A DNA stretch of 64,000 bases, from positions 9,610,001 to 9,674,000 of the forward strand of contig NW_024704752.1 of NCBI RefSeq assembly GCF_018977255.1. The letters are read 5' to 3'. Source of the DNA: Callorhinchus milii. Lineage: Eukaryota. How positions within the stretch are numbered: position 1 is the stretch's first letter; each line of letters starts with the position of its first letter. A program made the position numbers and the translations under genes. Below the pieces are notes generated by a model. The model worked only from the letters and a program-made list of their open reading frames with translations, made no database searches and was not told the origin of the DNA. Below are positions 18,301-45,200 of this stretch, one piece after another.

Positions 18301-20695
18301 GCTAAACTGAGAGCCCATTTGCCTGTTTTGGTGGATGTTGAAGATTCTTTTGCACTATGCGAAAAGAGAAGGAAGTCTCTCTCGGTGTTCTGGCTTTTAA
18401 TAATTTAAGACTGCAACAAGTCTTAAATTATCCGGAGAGAAAATGGGCAGGGTATTAGCATAGTGCATTTGGAGCACAGAAGCAACAAAGAGGAAAGTTC
18501 AGAGAGCAGTGTCGATGACCGCTGTAGTATCGATTGACATGGAGGGAGACCGAGCGGGTGGAGGTCACAGTTTAGGAAACTTGGAGTTATGTCTGATGTT
18601 TAAGAGATTTGAGGGTTGTGGGTCACATTTGACAGGTCAGTCTATTCCATCATAATATAAACACAGAAAAAAGAGCAAACACAAAAGCTCCCAGATTGAT
18701 CTGAACATTTGCAAAGCTGAAGCGTCTGCTTTTGTTTCGGCACACTCTGACAATTAATCATTAATATTCAGCCAGTGTTGGTCGATGAAAAGAAACAGTA
18801 GGCTTAAAAGTATCTGCTTTGAGTTCCATTCACTGTGGTGGTGCAATGGGTCTTGTACTTGTGGTGCCACTGTCCATTATCAGGGCATCTCAAAGAAATG
18901 ATCTAAACAACATATGTTGATAAACCAAAGAGCTATATCAGAAATACTTGCATTTGATGTAGTGCCTTATCAAGTTATCAAAAAATCTTGAAGCGCAACC
19001 CATAACCTGTGTCAAGATGAGAGTGCTACTACCTGAGTCAGGGAAACACTGCATTAACATAGGATTTGGTAATGTGGCTTGTTCAAGCTCTTCCAACCCC
19101 TCCACATGTGTGAGACCTGGATACTTCTTTAGATTCTGAGTAATTCAGGTCCTTCATCTGAGCTTGATGGATGAAAGGGCTGATCTATTGACCAGCTATA
19201 CCTGGGAGGGGTCCAAGTGGGACAAAGTACTATAGACGAAAGAAGGTTAACAGTAAACCTTTAACCTGGACAGAACATGATGAGAAATGTTGACAAAATA
19301 CTTTGGAAGTGCACAGCTAGTTGATCAACATTCGAAAAAGAATGATTACTACAATAATTGATAAAGGATCACATACAAACCACTAGCTTGTCTTTCTTCT
19401 TTGAGATGTTGCTTGACTTGCTGTGCATTTCCAGTCTTCTCAGGGTTATGAAAAGTGCAATTAGATTGAAATGAATGGATTCTACTGTCCTGACGAAATT
19501 GTATGTTTAAATGCTTTATTTTATATCCAGATTTAAGCAAGAGAAGGCGTTCGTGTCTTTCCCGATTCCTGTGTTTTCTCCGGAACAGTGCCAGAAGCAG
19601 GGAGGACAGACCTCCCAAGAGTGCGTGGAGCGCTACAGGACCAGAGGGTAAATGAAATAGACGATAACCTTGTTCTTACCCAGGGGCAATATCTGAAAAG
19701 CGGTCAATTCATTGCAAATGATTTCTTTGAGGGTGTTCCTCCATTTTCTCCTCCTGAAAATATCAACCGTGCTGAGGTGCAGATCCACTGGCTGCCCAAG
19801 TAGACCGTGTACACTCGTGTGTGATTGTTGGCTGGGAATCACAAGACAACACGGCTGATCCTGACCACTCTCAACATCCTCAAACCCAAACAATTCTGGT
19901 GGAGGGGATGTCGCAGGATCAAAAATGGTGGACTCCAGCTGATTTTCTTAGCCGCCACCCCCCCCCCCCATCATCTCCCCAGCCAAAAGAGCTGAGGTTA
20001 ATTTTTGCACTTCTTCAGTTCCCCCAGCAGAGATAACAAACAGCACACATCATCTGGTATGGAGTGTCTCTGTGCAACATTGGAGAAGCCTTCACAGGGG
20101 TTCAATCATTTGTCTCATAGGTGTAATAACCTTTTAATTAAGGTGACTTTTACCTGGGAAACGATTTATTTCCTAGTCTTCATTTGCCCTTTGGATGATT
20201 GGGGTAGAGTCCATGATAGAGCTATTATACATTCCTTTAAGAAGCGCCTTGATGCTGTTATGGGCAGGACAAAAGGGAGCGTATTCTGGATGGATGAGAT
20301 CAGATGGGCTGAAGAGCCTCCTTCATCCAAACCAATCTTGTGATCATATGAGTGATCTATACAGTAATGCTGTTATCTGGATTTGCTACAGTGTTTAACG
20401 GGTAATCTAAATCAAATAAACTTTAACCTTGGCTTCCAAAATAGAGCAAAGAGACGACAAACAGAACATGACATTTCAACACAAAGCTTTACACTGCAAC
20501 TAAGCTTTAGATTCTCGGGCTTGTAGAACCGTGGACCCGGGCTTGAAACGCTTTTGTTTTTCAGGAATGTCTGCGGAGCGAGAGGGCAACATGTGCTCGC
20601 AGCCACTGACAGTGGGACCATCCCTGAACAACAGCACAGTCACACAGATGGACTCCGAGGGGCTGAAGGAACAAGATGTGGAAACTGAAGTGTAA
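15385..20695 (+). CDS. C2orf72: C2orf72 homologue (uncharacterised); exons 15385-16402, 19531-19647, 20565-20695
   Basis: [34 protein letters not shown] and QLRTVF match recalled human C2orf72 motifs ([40 protein letters not shown]). It lies directly upstream of PSMD1, as in human. Exons 2-3 were joined by phase-1 GT-AG sites (DLSKRRRSCLSRFLCFLR...; ...EQDVETEV*) and are less certain than exon 1. Confidence 0.82.
15400..15645 (+). repeat. Coding 48-bp tandem repeat (SRLPERPQRDPGQRGE) about 4-5 copies in the C2orf72 N-terminus
   Basis: Unit AGCCGACTCCCGGAGCGGCCACAGCGGGACCCGGGGCAGCGGGGAGAG starts at 15454, 15502, 15550 and 15598 (last partial), with a degenerate unit before. Confidence 0.93.
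16640..16967 (+). mobile_element. Full-length young tRNA(Ala)-derived SINE with Deu-type core and L2-like tail
   Basis: Head GAGTCCTGTGGCTCAGTGGTTAGAGC (A box), TTGCA anticodon loop and GTTCAATCCC (B box). Tail GCGCTTTGGGAC.TCCTCCCGACGTGAAAAGCGCTATATCAAATGCAAGG(ATT)n. Highly similar to copies at 38178, 52733 and 57869. Confidence 0.93.
18175..18397 (+). mobile_element. Ancient Deu-domain SINE remnant (SacSINE/AmnSINE-like)
   Basis: TCGCCTCTG.GTCAGAAGGT.GTGGGTTCAAGCCCC head shared with 26565-26730 and 54745-55152; similar remnants at 1-220, 33180-33440 and 61610-62020. Confidence 0.65.
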
Positions 20696-23269
20696 ACAAA
20701 TTGTATAAAGTAACGTTCTCTCAGCATCTGGGCATCATGAAGGAATGCTAATTTTTAATTAAATGCTTGGTTTTCCAGATCTGGCATGTTCCCCCTTTTC
20801 CAATAGATGGCGGGATTGCTTGAGGAGGGTTGTTGTCACATTATCTGCAGGAATCCTTGTGTAGATATAGTTTAAATTGCTCAAATAATTTGAGTGCCTG
20901 ACATGTAAACGCTGTTTCAGTTTTAGAGCTGTCTGTCTCTCAAACTCCACATGTTGCATTGGGCAAGTCGCAAAAGAAGGCCAAGTATTCTATCAGGAGA
21001 CATCCTGAGATTGTGCAGCTACTCTCTACTTCAGTGCATTGCCACTGACTCGGAGATTAACCTTATGAGTCGATTCCTTATGCCTTGGGTGCCTCAATGA
21101 GGAACATTTTTATGCAATAAGACCAGAGGTTTATTCACACAAAATCATATCAGAGTTCACTGAATACCAGCAATATGTTACTGTATACTGTCCCAGATTT
21201 TTAAATTGTTATTCCCATTGCACTTCTAGTTGCTGCTCCGCAAGGGGAATACAATGTTGCCATCCTTAATCTAATTTTTTTTTAGAGTTTTTAAGACCAT
21301 GGGTTTATCTCCTGTTGTACAGCCCAGCAATGCCAATACACACCAGAAATGATTTAAACCAACATAAATACAATGATGCAAACCAACATAAATCTGACCT
21401 TCAACTCCATTTCATCAGGAGAAGCCTGACGATTGGATAGCAGAGATTGTAAAGTTAGTGAGATAGAGCTTGATTAAATTATAATCACTGCCTACTATCC
21501 AGGGCATTGTAAGTAACATTCTTTTGATAGATCATTGATGGAATCCAACCATTACAGAAATCCTGGTGTAGTTGTAGCAAACAATTTCTTAACGTTTTGT
21601 GGGGAAAGATGCAGACATTCCCCTACATCTCTTCCAGTGAAGATTCCATTCCACATGTTAGAGCAGAAATTAGAATGGGACATTTTTATATAACTTCTGA
21701 GTAACCTGTTACCCAAGCGACAGAATCACTGGAATGGGTAGTTTTGTCACTTCTTAGATTCAAAAGTGCCTATATTTGAGATCATTCTGAACCAGGAATT
21801 CAGACTGAGCAGTTGAACAACCAGCAATTTTCAGACCATGGTTTAATATGGTCAAAACAGAGCTAGTCATTACAGAAAGGGGCATCCTGGCTACAAGCTT
21901 ACAAAATGAAAAGATTACTCTTTGGAACTCTCCTCGTTTTAAAATGTGTCTGACAGTTTGCGGAGAAATTGGCTGACAAGATGGTTTTTGATCATCTTCA
22001 CAACCCCCACCGACATCTTCCCAAAATGAAAGATGGAAAAAAAATGTAGATCGTGTTGTGTAGAATGCCAGCGAACTTGCTGAAGCAGCTTTTATTAATG
22101 GTTAGTTATATCTAGCCACTATTTCACAGTAAATGCAAGTATTTCTCCTCTTTGTCAGGGAGAGTTTGTAGCCAAGGCATCTTTCAACCCTGTGTCTGAA
22201 CCAGCCTGTGCCTCATCTACAAATCCACAACAACTCAAAACAGACAGACTGGGTGTTCCTGGTGGCAGACCGTGGACCATTTTCACCACCAATAAGAGAA
22301 ATCTGGTGGAGAAGTTTGAACCATTGATGAACCCCCATCCTTCACTTCCCCTCCTATGCTACTTCAGTTTTCTTTAGAAATATAAACAGAATATCTAGTT
22401 GCAGTAGGCTAGATGGTTCAGTACCCATTTCCTATCTAGTCACCACTGCATGCACTGTTAAGCTCTCTGAGAGGTCTCTGTACATCAATGGTGCTACATA
22501 AGTGCAAGTTCCTGTCGGCCAAATAACTGCAATTTGTGTCTGACATAGTTTGAGAGCGAGACTCTTCCTTCAAATGCACTTTCTCCTCTATTTGGCACAG
22601 GCAGAATGAGAAGAGCAGATGTTTCTGATTCTCCACACTGCCTTTCTGACACTACATGCTGAGAGCTGTGTATGTAAGAAAGCACGGAGGTCAAGGTGAC
22701 TCATTCATTGCAGCAGGGCTGTTATGTGGGGAGATGCTTCAGAAATGAGCATCATTACTGTTACATCAACAACCACATGCATTTATAATAGTACCCTTCA
22801 TGCCAGCTGGCGTCTCAAAGCGCTTAACAGTGGCGGAGCCTGATGCCGATGTTACTGATCAGTGGAGTGAAAATTAAGAAAGTAAAATGTGTAGCAATTT
22901 AGTTTTTGAAACTAACATTTTCAAATAAGTGAGAATTTTTTTTAAAAAATACTTAACTTGTGGCTTTAAGCCTCTGAGGTTCAGATGCTTCACTTTGAAT
23001 TTCAATGTGTCCCTGTGCCTTCAGTAAGATATAGTTACTGTGTCAAATAACCTGAGAGTAACAGAAATATAAACGTTTCACACACAATTTTTATGACTAT
23101 GATACACCCATGGATGGGGTGGGGGGTGGATGTACTGTGTATTCTCAACTCTAATAAACTTCCAGGTCTGTTGTCAGAACAAAGTCTTCAGACTGACATC
23201 TCTGATCATTTCAAACCAACTGCCTGAGGGTCATCCTGAGCAAAGCACTGTTCCACATTGGTGGATCAC

Positions 23270-23482
23270 TTTTCCCTGGGTAATAATTCCTTCAAGAAAA
23301 GAAAAGACCAATAATTTGGTCACTCAATCTACAACTGTTTGTGGGACACTGCTGTGCGCAATTGGCTGCTGTGTTTCACCCACAAAGTATGCAGTCAATT
23401 CACTTTACAATATATTCTGTGAAGCGCTTTGAGATATCTCAACGATGTGATAAGGCGCTACATCAAATGCAAGGGTTATTAT
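23270..23482 (+). mobile_element. 5'-truncated SINE (core and tail)
   Basis: GGGACACTGCTGTGCGCAATTGGCTGC core and AAGGCGCTACATCAAATGCAAGG tail. Similar partial copies at about 10110-10280(-), 35065-35235(-), 48715-48885(+), 53465-53680(-) and 56115-56225(-). Confidence 0.8.
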
Positions 23483-24429
23483 CAGATTTAAAAATGTAAA
23501 TGTCTCACCTTGAAGAGTACTGCCTCATAGTATAATGAAATACAATGGCTTTGTTGTATAATCCTCAACAGGATGACTGCACTGTAAACTTAATCTCTGT
23601 CTAATAACTTCCCATCTGTCAAATTGGAAAAGAAAAAATAAAGTAAGCTCCTGATATCTTGGCACTCCAAAGGAAATGGCTTAAGAGACGACTTATTAGG
23701 GGTGGTGAATTAGGCATATCTATAAATACAAAATAATTGCTGCCAGGATATTGACAGCATGATGACTTAATTGGTAGTGACAAGTTAAGACAGGGTCTTT
23801 ACAATTCTTTGTGAGCCTGAAGATTTAGTAACCAGGGAAATTACAGGCTAGCCTGGTTCTGTCCTTATCTGGCATTCAATGCACATACAACACACAGGTC
23901 ACTCATCATATTGTCAAGAATAGGAATCTTGGTACAACTATTTACTTCTGAGCACAAGGATATTACCACCAAAGAATAGTTAAATTACCTTCCAGACCTG
24001 TGTAGTTCAGTAGTACTGCACTAGAACGTCCATACACAATGCCCACTGAGCTAAAAGGGTTTTATGGGATCATCTGCATTGATGGTTTTGTGGAGAAGAG
24101 TTTCAGTTCATTCAAGGATTTGTATCTCACCAGTGCCAGTAACTCATTCACATGGTGCTCGCAGTTTTGGTCCTGTAAAATTTACCAGAGCTGTTGCAAT
24201 GAATATTTTTGGTGACTTGAGTTGTGAGCTAAAGTCTGCATGTAGACATCTTGTGATTTGGAGCATTGTCGACAACACTGAGGAAATGTTAGTCCTTTTG
24301 ATTTCTAACCAACAGGAGCACAGATTGCAAACACACGATCCCAACTACTCGGCTAAATCGTGCCCTCTGGTGTTGGTAACCATCAATATACTGAACTGTT
24401 TGTCCAGATTAATCTTGTCAAAATACAGT

Positions 24430-24766
24430 CACTCTGCTTGTTCACATTGGACGCTAAAGATCCCCTGGCACTGTTCGAAAAGAGAAGAGAGTTTCTGCCA
24501 GTGTCCGGGCCAACAATCCCCCCACCCCCCCCAAACAAAACTGGTCCCTCGCTCCATGGCTGTGTGTGTGGACTTTGCTGTGTGCGAGTTTGCCGACAAA
24601 GTACACAGCCAATCAATCCACTTTCCGGTATGGTCCTGTGCAGCGCTTTTGAGACGTCTCGACGACGTGATAAGGAGCTGTAGCAAATGCAAGGATTATT
24701 ATGATCATTATTATCATCATCACCACCATCATCATCACCACCATCATCATCATCACCATCATCATC
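24430..24766 (+). mobile_element. Deu-type SINE remnant whose tail expanded into a (CAT/CAC)n microsatellite
   Basis: AAAGATCCC.TGGCACTGTTCGAA core and GCGCTTTTGAGACGTC...AAATGCAAGGATTATTAT tail running into about 17 CAT/CAC triplets. Confidence 0.75.
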
Positions 24767-25232
24767 CGAAGAGGACAAGACCGCCCAACGCCTGGCTGCC
24801 ACCTGTCCTCGCGCGTTTCTTGAGATGCGGTGTTATCTTGAGCACCTTTTAAAGGGCCATGAGGAAGAGTTTGCCTTCCTGAGCTCCAAATTGGTCACAT
24901 TCCCCCCCCACCCCCCACCTTCTCCCCTTCCCCCCTCCACACGAAATAATCATCACTACTCCTTGCGCTCTGCAGTCAGCGCCGGGTCCTCCGCGCCGCC
25001 AGGGGGCGTCCGAGGGAGAGCGGTACCTCCACCGCACAGTCAGGACCCCGGTGTGTGTGTGTGTGGTTGCGGGGCGGCGGGAGGGGGAGGGGGAGCCTCT
25101 GTCAGGGAAAAGCCTGAGTCACACACACACACAGAGAGAGACGGACGGGAGCGCGGGGCCTGGACACGCACGTACAGCGGCACACACAGCCACCACACCC
25201 CGGGGGCTGGGCAGGGCAGGGCGGCCGGCAGG

Positions 25233-38788
<13,556 letters not shown>

Positions 38789-39053
38789 GTACAATTCAAT
38801 TATTTCTAGATAAAATTGGGTGTTGCGTGTTGGGTTTTGCCATTTCCGTCTACTACCACATGGTGTCCCCAGTTTGCACGTATCTGCATGGGAGCTATGA
38901 AAATCACATCACCACCGATAGGAAAGTATTTTCCTGATTAGAAGCAATCCCTCTCTGTATACACAAGGAAATTCCTTTCAGTCTATTTAATCTTTCCACT
39001 TCTCCACCAGACATTCTATCGCCGATTGCTTCCCTGAGCATTACACAGTCTGG

Positions 39054-39265
39054 TTTGGCCGAGCCTTCAGCTCCCCTCTCGACTCTCTTCCCCCTCCTCG
39101 CTCCCTCCCTTCCCTCCCCTCACCCTGACCATTTCCCCCCTCCTCGCTCCCTCCCTTCCCTCCCCCTGACCATTTCCCCCTGCTCGGGTCCTGACCCAAC
39201 TGTGCAGCGCCTTGGGACGTCCTCCTGACGTGAAAGGCGCTTTATAAATGGAATCTTGTTGTTGT
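39054..39265 (+). mobile_element. L2 LINE 3' end (3'UTR and tail)
   Basis: Pyrimidine-rich UTR, then GCGCCTTGGGACGTCCTCCTGACGTGAAAGGCGCTTTATAAATGGAATC(TTG)n; homologous to 63227-63477. Confidence 0.82.
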
Positions 39266-42200
39266 GGTTCCTTGTTGTCAGTTGCGACTGAAGTGAGACT
39301 CAAGTGTCATTTTAGACTAGTGAAAATACACAAGTATTGGCTTCCTTCTGCCAGGACAAAAATGCTCTCCTCCCCTTGAAAATACGTGTCTGGGTGAGAT
39401 TAAAGTTCGGTTTCCATTTAGAAAATTGTATTTAATCAGTTGAAAATAAAATATAATTGGATACGTTCCTTGTTGAATATAAAAATACTGAATTACTTTG
39501 TGATTGTGCCAGATCTGAATTTATAGGCCATGTGTGCTGATTATTAGGAGACCCAAGTTCAAACTCTGAATTGATTTACTTTGGACTCAGTTACTTTTTG
39601 GTCAATTCCACATCATCTGAGGGAAGAAAGGAAGAGAAAACTGCTGGGGAGGATGTTCTTTCCCATGCGATCTGATGCTTCTCCTGGTGGCCTGACCCAG
39701 GAGTAATATTACTAAGAAGCAAATATTATCACTTGCCTTTGGCAATGCACCTATTGTATCGAAATACTGTACCTCAAAAAAGCACCCTTCGAAAAAATGA
39801 AGTACTTTGAAGGGTGGATTTTATAGTCATAAATGGAAGTAAATCTGTTCCAATAATGGCCCACAAATAGCAATAAGACTATTGAACACTTTTAATCTTT
39901 CTTGTAAATTTAGTTGAGGGAGGCCAGGACACTGGGAAGGTCTGCTGTTCTCTTCTAAATGATATGCCAGGATTTGTTATCTTAGCTTGAACCAGCTGGT
40001 TTCTCGGTTTATCATCTCATTTGGAGGGTGGCACTTACCACTTAGTTGCTCACTATCATCACTTTGCAGAAAAAAAATGCTTTGAGGTATTTTGATGATG
40101 TAATAAGACACATTAATTATTAGTTTTATCACAGGTGTTTAGCAATTTGTCATATTTACAATATTGCACTAAATTGGTACTGGACTGAGACGATTAGATC
40201 AAGGGATCAATCAGCACAAAATGGTTGTTGCGCTCTTTTGAAACTTTTGTTTCTATTCTATGGGGATAAAATATCAGAAGTTTATTCAATGAATGGTATT
40301 ATCCTATCTTTATTTTCATTATTTAATTTAATCGCTCTAAGACGCTACACTGCACAAAGAGTGCTCTAAATGCAAGTTATTATTATACTGCCTATAAGTT
40401 TTAGAGCATGATGAAGAATCTTTGGACATGCTTATTCAATTACAAAAATTCTTGTTGGTTATTTTTGACGTAGCTAAATAAAATGGTTAATTGTGCGGAG
40501 GAACATTCTGGTGTGGCCATGTCTTCAAATGTTTGTAACATTAGACTCCATCTTTCAGAACTTTAAGTTATGAGCTGTGATAATTTGTTTAATGATAGTT
40601 TACATTCCTGCCTGCCTAAATTTCCTTGGAGGGAATAAAGGTGACGTCTGATCAGAGTTGTTATTACTTGTTGAGCCAGGAATGATAGACCACCTGAGCA
40701 CAATAACAAATGTTGGAGAATTCCAGGACCGAAGCCAGATGATTTGTTCAACCATTGTTTTTGTGAAAAAGAGCTGAGATTGACTCGCTACAATTTTCTC
40801 TATATTTATTCTCCAAGGCAATTAAAATGATTGCTCAGCATTTAGTCATCCTCGTTAAATCTCTTCACTTCCCAGAAAAATACCCAAGGGGTAGGACAGA
40901 TAGAGATCAGTGACATTATGATGTTGGGTTAATTAAAAGCCTTTTGACAAAATTCAATTTGAATCTTCTAAGAATGAATTTCAACAAAGTCACGTGATTC
41001 TTTGAGCATAAGACAAGCAAAATTGGGTAATAATAGGAAACGAGAATGGCAAAGTTAGGAAGAGTTGAGTGAATGCCACAAGGGCCAGTGCTTAGACTTT
41101 TATTGTTTCTGATTTCCATGAATTGCAAGGAAACTGAAACATACTATAAACTCATGGCTATCTGTGGAACATTGCTATACCCAAATTGGCTACCGTGTTC
41201 TCTTACGTAATGTATGGTCACGACACTTTGCAGTATAGCCTGAGAAGTTAATTATTATTATAATAAGTTCCTTGAAACATATTTCTGATGTGAAAGGCAT
41301 TAGATCAAATGCAATAATATTATCATTAATAATTGGATAACCTTGGCACAAGAACAGGAATGGTAGGGATGGAAGATGCAGAAACATATTTGCAAAAAAG
41401 ATTTTGATTGGTTGTGCAATGGAGAGAAATGTGCCAACTGAAAAGTAACACTGAAAAATGTAAAGCATTATACAGAGCTTGAAAAATGTGGGATGTAAGT
41501 ACACAATGAATGTGGCTGATTTACAGTTGGGGAAACTTGGAAAGGGACCTAGGAGTAATAGTAAGTATGGCTCTTTCAATGTCTAGATAATTGCTGACAC
41601 AATTGAAGAAACAAATAAAATACTGAGGAATCTACAGATGTTAAAGCTGTGTAAGGCCACATCTAGAATACTATGTTCAGTTTTAGGCACTGCATTGTGT
41701 GAACAACAACAATAAAAGAATGCTCCTAAGTATAAAGTAGGATTAGAGAAACCTAAACCAAGAAAGTAGGACCAGAAAAACTGCATGGAAATTAGTGAGC
41801 AGAAAAACTAGATTAAAGATATTAAAATTTTAAGGTGGACAGATTCCCCCACCCGTTCCTAAAATATTTTGTGTGTCCTACCTACAAAAGGGAGGTACTT
41901 ATTGATCTGATAGGCTTGTCTGTCTTAAATACACTATCCCATATTGTATCCAAGGCATCCACTAATTTAGAAGAGTTAATAACAGTAGAACAGAGGACCC
42001 CACCAAAAATGGAAATTTAATAGCTTTTAATTTAAAAATTTAATTTAAAAGCATAAACACACAAATATTTTGCATATGTTTATCAGTAATGAATGACAAT
42101 ACAGCAGCAGATCCCATTGATTGCCAAGTATAGCAAATGGAATTCAAATACAGGCATCTTCCAGACTAAAATTTAAAATGGACTTGTTCACGTTGTGCTG

Positions 42201-45200
42201 GCTGATTGGGCAGAGGCTTCCCCTTGCAGTGCCTTTGTCTCACTCAATCTAGGATTGGCAGACATCAGCTGCTTTGCCCAATAAAACAGAAGAAAAAGTC
42301 TGTTTGCAGATTAGTCACAGTGATACTATCTGGTATAGAAGCTCCAGGGAAGAGTTGGTAGATGGACTTCTTAGTTGGTGCGCAATGTGAAAAATGTAGC
42401 AAAAGAGAAATGAGCCTCGGATATATTTCTGCTGTGGAACCAGTTTAAACCCAGAGTGAGTAAAACAGCCGACTGGGTTAAATGACTGCGTGACAGCAAT
42501 ACTCGATCCATGAAAGACATTCCACATAATTAATTAATCTGGGTTTGCCAGATTTTTCCTTCAGTTCTGAAAGGAGGACTGTTCGTATTATAAACTCAAT
42601 ATACTTGGAGGAATACTTACAAATGGCAGACACCTGAAATAGACTCTCTCCATGGCATTGCAAATGAAAACTATACTGATGAATTCACACCCTGTGTGAA
42701 AGCTAAGCAAAGAGAATTTAAAAATAACAAGGAATGAAACTACAATCTTAACTGATTATACCTGAGGGCATAATTTCAGAATATAAAATTCTTTGGCCCT
42801 TCAATTTCTCCCTTTTCCTGTTCTCGATAATGTTTAACTTGGGATGTGGAAAATAATAGAACAGCTTTTTCTGTCCACCCACCCCTGAATCAGTCCTATC
42901 GTGGATTGCAATCCAATTGAAGGATGATTTTAAAAATGAAGCCATAACTGTATAATGACTCCATACAGTCAGTTGGTAGAGACATTCAGAAATTATGTTT
43001 TTTTTGTTTCAACAAAGACTGAGGCGCAGCTTGACGAACAAATGGGAAACAAGAGCCCAATAGGCCAAAAGCCTAAATGTCCCAAAGGTGGACAGTTCCT
43101 TTGGGAAAGTCGATTGCTATACTTTGGAAAAATAGTTCCCCCAAAAAATGAAACCGGTATTTTAATTTTATAAGAAATCTGCTTTGATCAAGACATGCTG
43201 ACGTAAAGCAGCTTTGAAACACGGGAATGTGCAAGAGTAGAAGCAACCATTGCGGTCCGTCTGGTTAGTTCTGGTTTCTAAATACCGTTCCTCATTATCT
43301 TGTTTGCCCCATTCTCCCCCGCAATCAAATCTATTAATTCCTTCTTGATATTATCAACGCTATCCGCCTCCACCAGCTTCCTGGGCAATCTGTTCCACAT
43401 CTTTGCTACCCTCTTAAAGTACTCATTTCAATTACCTCCCATTGATAACATTATTTTCCTGACTCACTGGTGTATTGTAGCTATGAGCCATTCGGTGCGT
43501 GAAGTACAATTTCTGAATGATGCTGAGTTCTTCGAGCTGTGTTACAGATATGACAGCAGGCTACAGCGCACCCCTCCTCAATATAGCATAATGTGTTGAA
43601 ATTATTTACAGGAGACATTTGATGGTAAAATATTGCATTTGATCTGACTGATTATCCTGTAACTTTATTTGTGGTTGGAATTATCACCCTGCTTCGAGTT
43701 TCACGTCGGAAATGATGATTTTGTACCACCCATGTTGGATTGCGTCTTGTCATGAAGTAGTGCTTGTCCAAGAAATCTCTGGACTGCCTGTTCAGTAGAT
43801 TTGTAGCCAAATTCAGAAACTGTGCAGATGATCTGTGACTGGATAAACAAAGTGATTAAATCAGTTACTAAAAAGTTTACATTTTGTAAATTGGAAAGGT
43901 TGATATGCGTGGTGTTTATATCCTGTGGGACAGCTTCCTGCCAGCATTCCTTTTCATCTTTTGCGCAGTGCCATTTATCTCACTGCCTTTATCTCAAAAG
44001 CAGTTTGTATCGAGAGAATGATGTGTAGAAAGTAGCTTTTTAAACCCTTCCGCAGCAGTGGCAGGAGCTCATTAGTATACCAATCGCGTTAATAGCACTC
44101 CTCCGTAATGGTGACCTTCATAGTGCTTGTTCTCAGCCCACTCTTAGTGTTTTTTATTGCATTCTTGTAGTTATTCCCTCTTTTATCTTTCTTACTCTAT
44201 GTTGTATAAATTGACATCGTTGCTGATTTCATTTGTTATGGAATATTGGTTATAGAATAGCATATTACCCCGTACTGGGATTGAAGGTATTAAAGCAATT
44301 GCAACCTATTCAGGGTCTGGTTGTTGTGGTGTCGAGCAGCGAGTTGCCCGGCGTTGAGCAAATTAATGTTGATAGCTTCTAAACTTCTTTTTCATCAAGA
44401 ATGGTGGAATTTTCAGAAATAAAAGTTAAGTGATATACGGAGTCATCAGTTGGTTAGCGATGTGGGTTACTGTCTGCAAAAAGGTAAATGGATTGTTCCT
44501 CAAAGCTTTGTTTTAAATATGGATTAAAATGTGCTCGCTGTTGGGCAGAGGTTTCATTCATTAGTTTTGTGAGCAAATCTGACATGTCCATTCTGCTGTC
44601 TTTGATCATGGTGATCTGATTATTTATTTTAAAAGTTCCTGTTTAAGAGGATAAGGTCTGGCAGATTACTAAGTGGAATGAGTGTTAACTGTGTGTTGTT
44701 TTTCAATTTCTGGTTAGCAATTTCTGCAGGTCAGACATGGAGCAAAATTTAGTACTTTACCTCCACTGCAAACGTTATTACTGTTATTTGAACAAGTACA
44801 AGGTAGATAATAAATTGTTTAATATGAAGCTTTGTGCAGCAATTGATGGTTTTAGTTGATAATATAAGAAAACTGTGAGCAGGAGCAATCCATTTGGCCT
44901 TTTGAGCCTGTTCGTACCATCAACTTTGTTTACTACACTCTTATGGCCCCTCCCCAACCTCTTTCATTTCCCTAGGAGCACTTTCTCCTTTCTTCTCAGA
45001 AGATAAATTGAAATGCACTCTGATAAATCTTGCAGCTTAGTTGGACGATAATGGTCTCTTGTTCTGTACATTCCTATGTTCCTATGACGTGGAATTTCCA
45101 TAGTCCCAGTGGCTCGAGGCATTATGTTCCATACAGCATTCCATCATATCTCTTATGTACTTATCCGTGGAGTTCTAAATCTGTTCCCAACCAGATATTT

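Noticed and set aside
24064-24852. 262-aa ORF with poly-His run
   Set aside because: Runs through a SINE remnant; the His run is the SINE tail microsatellite.
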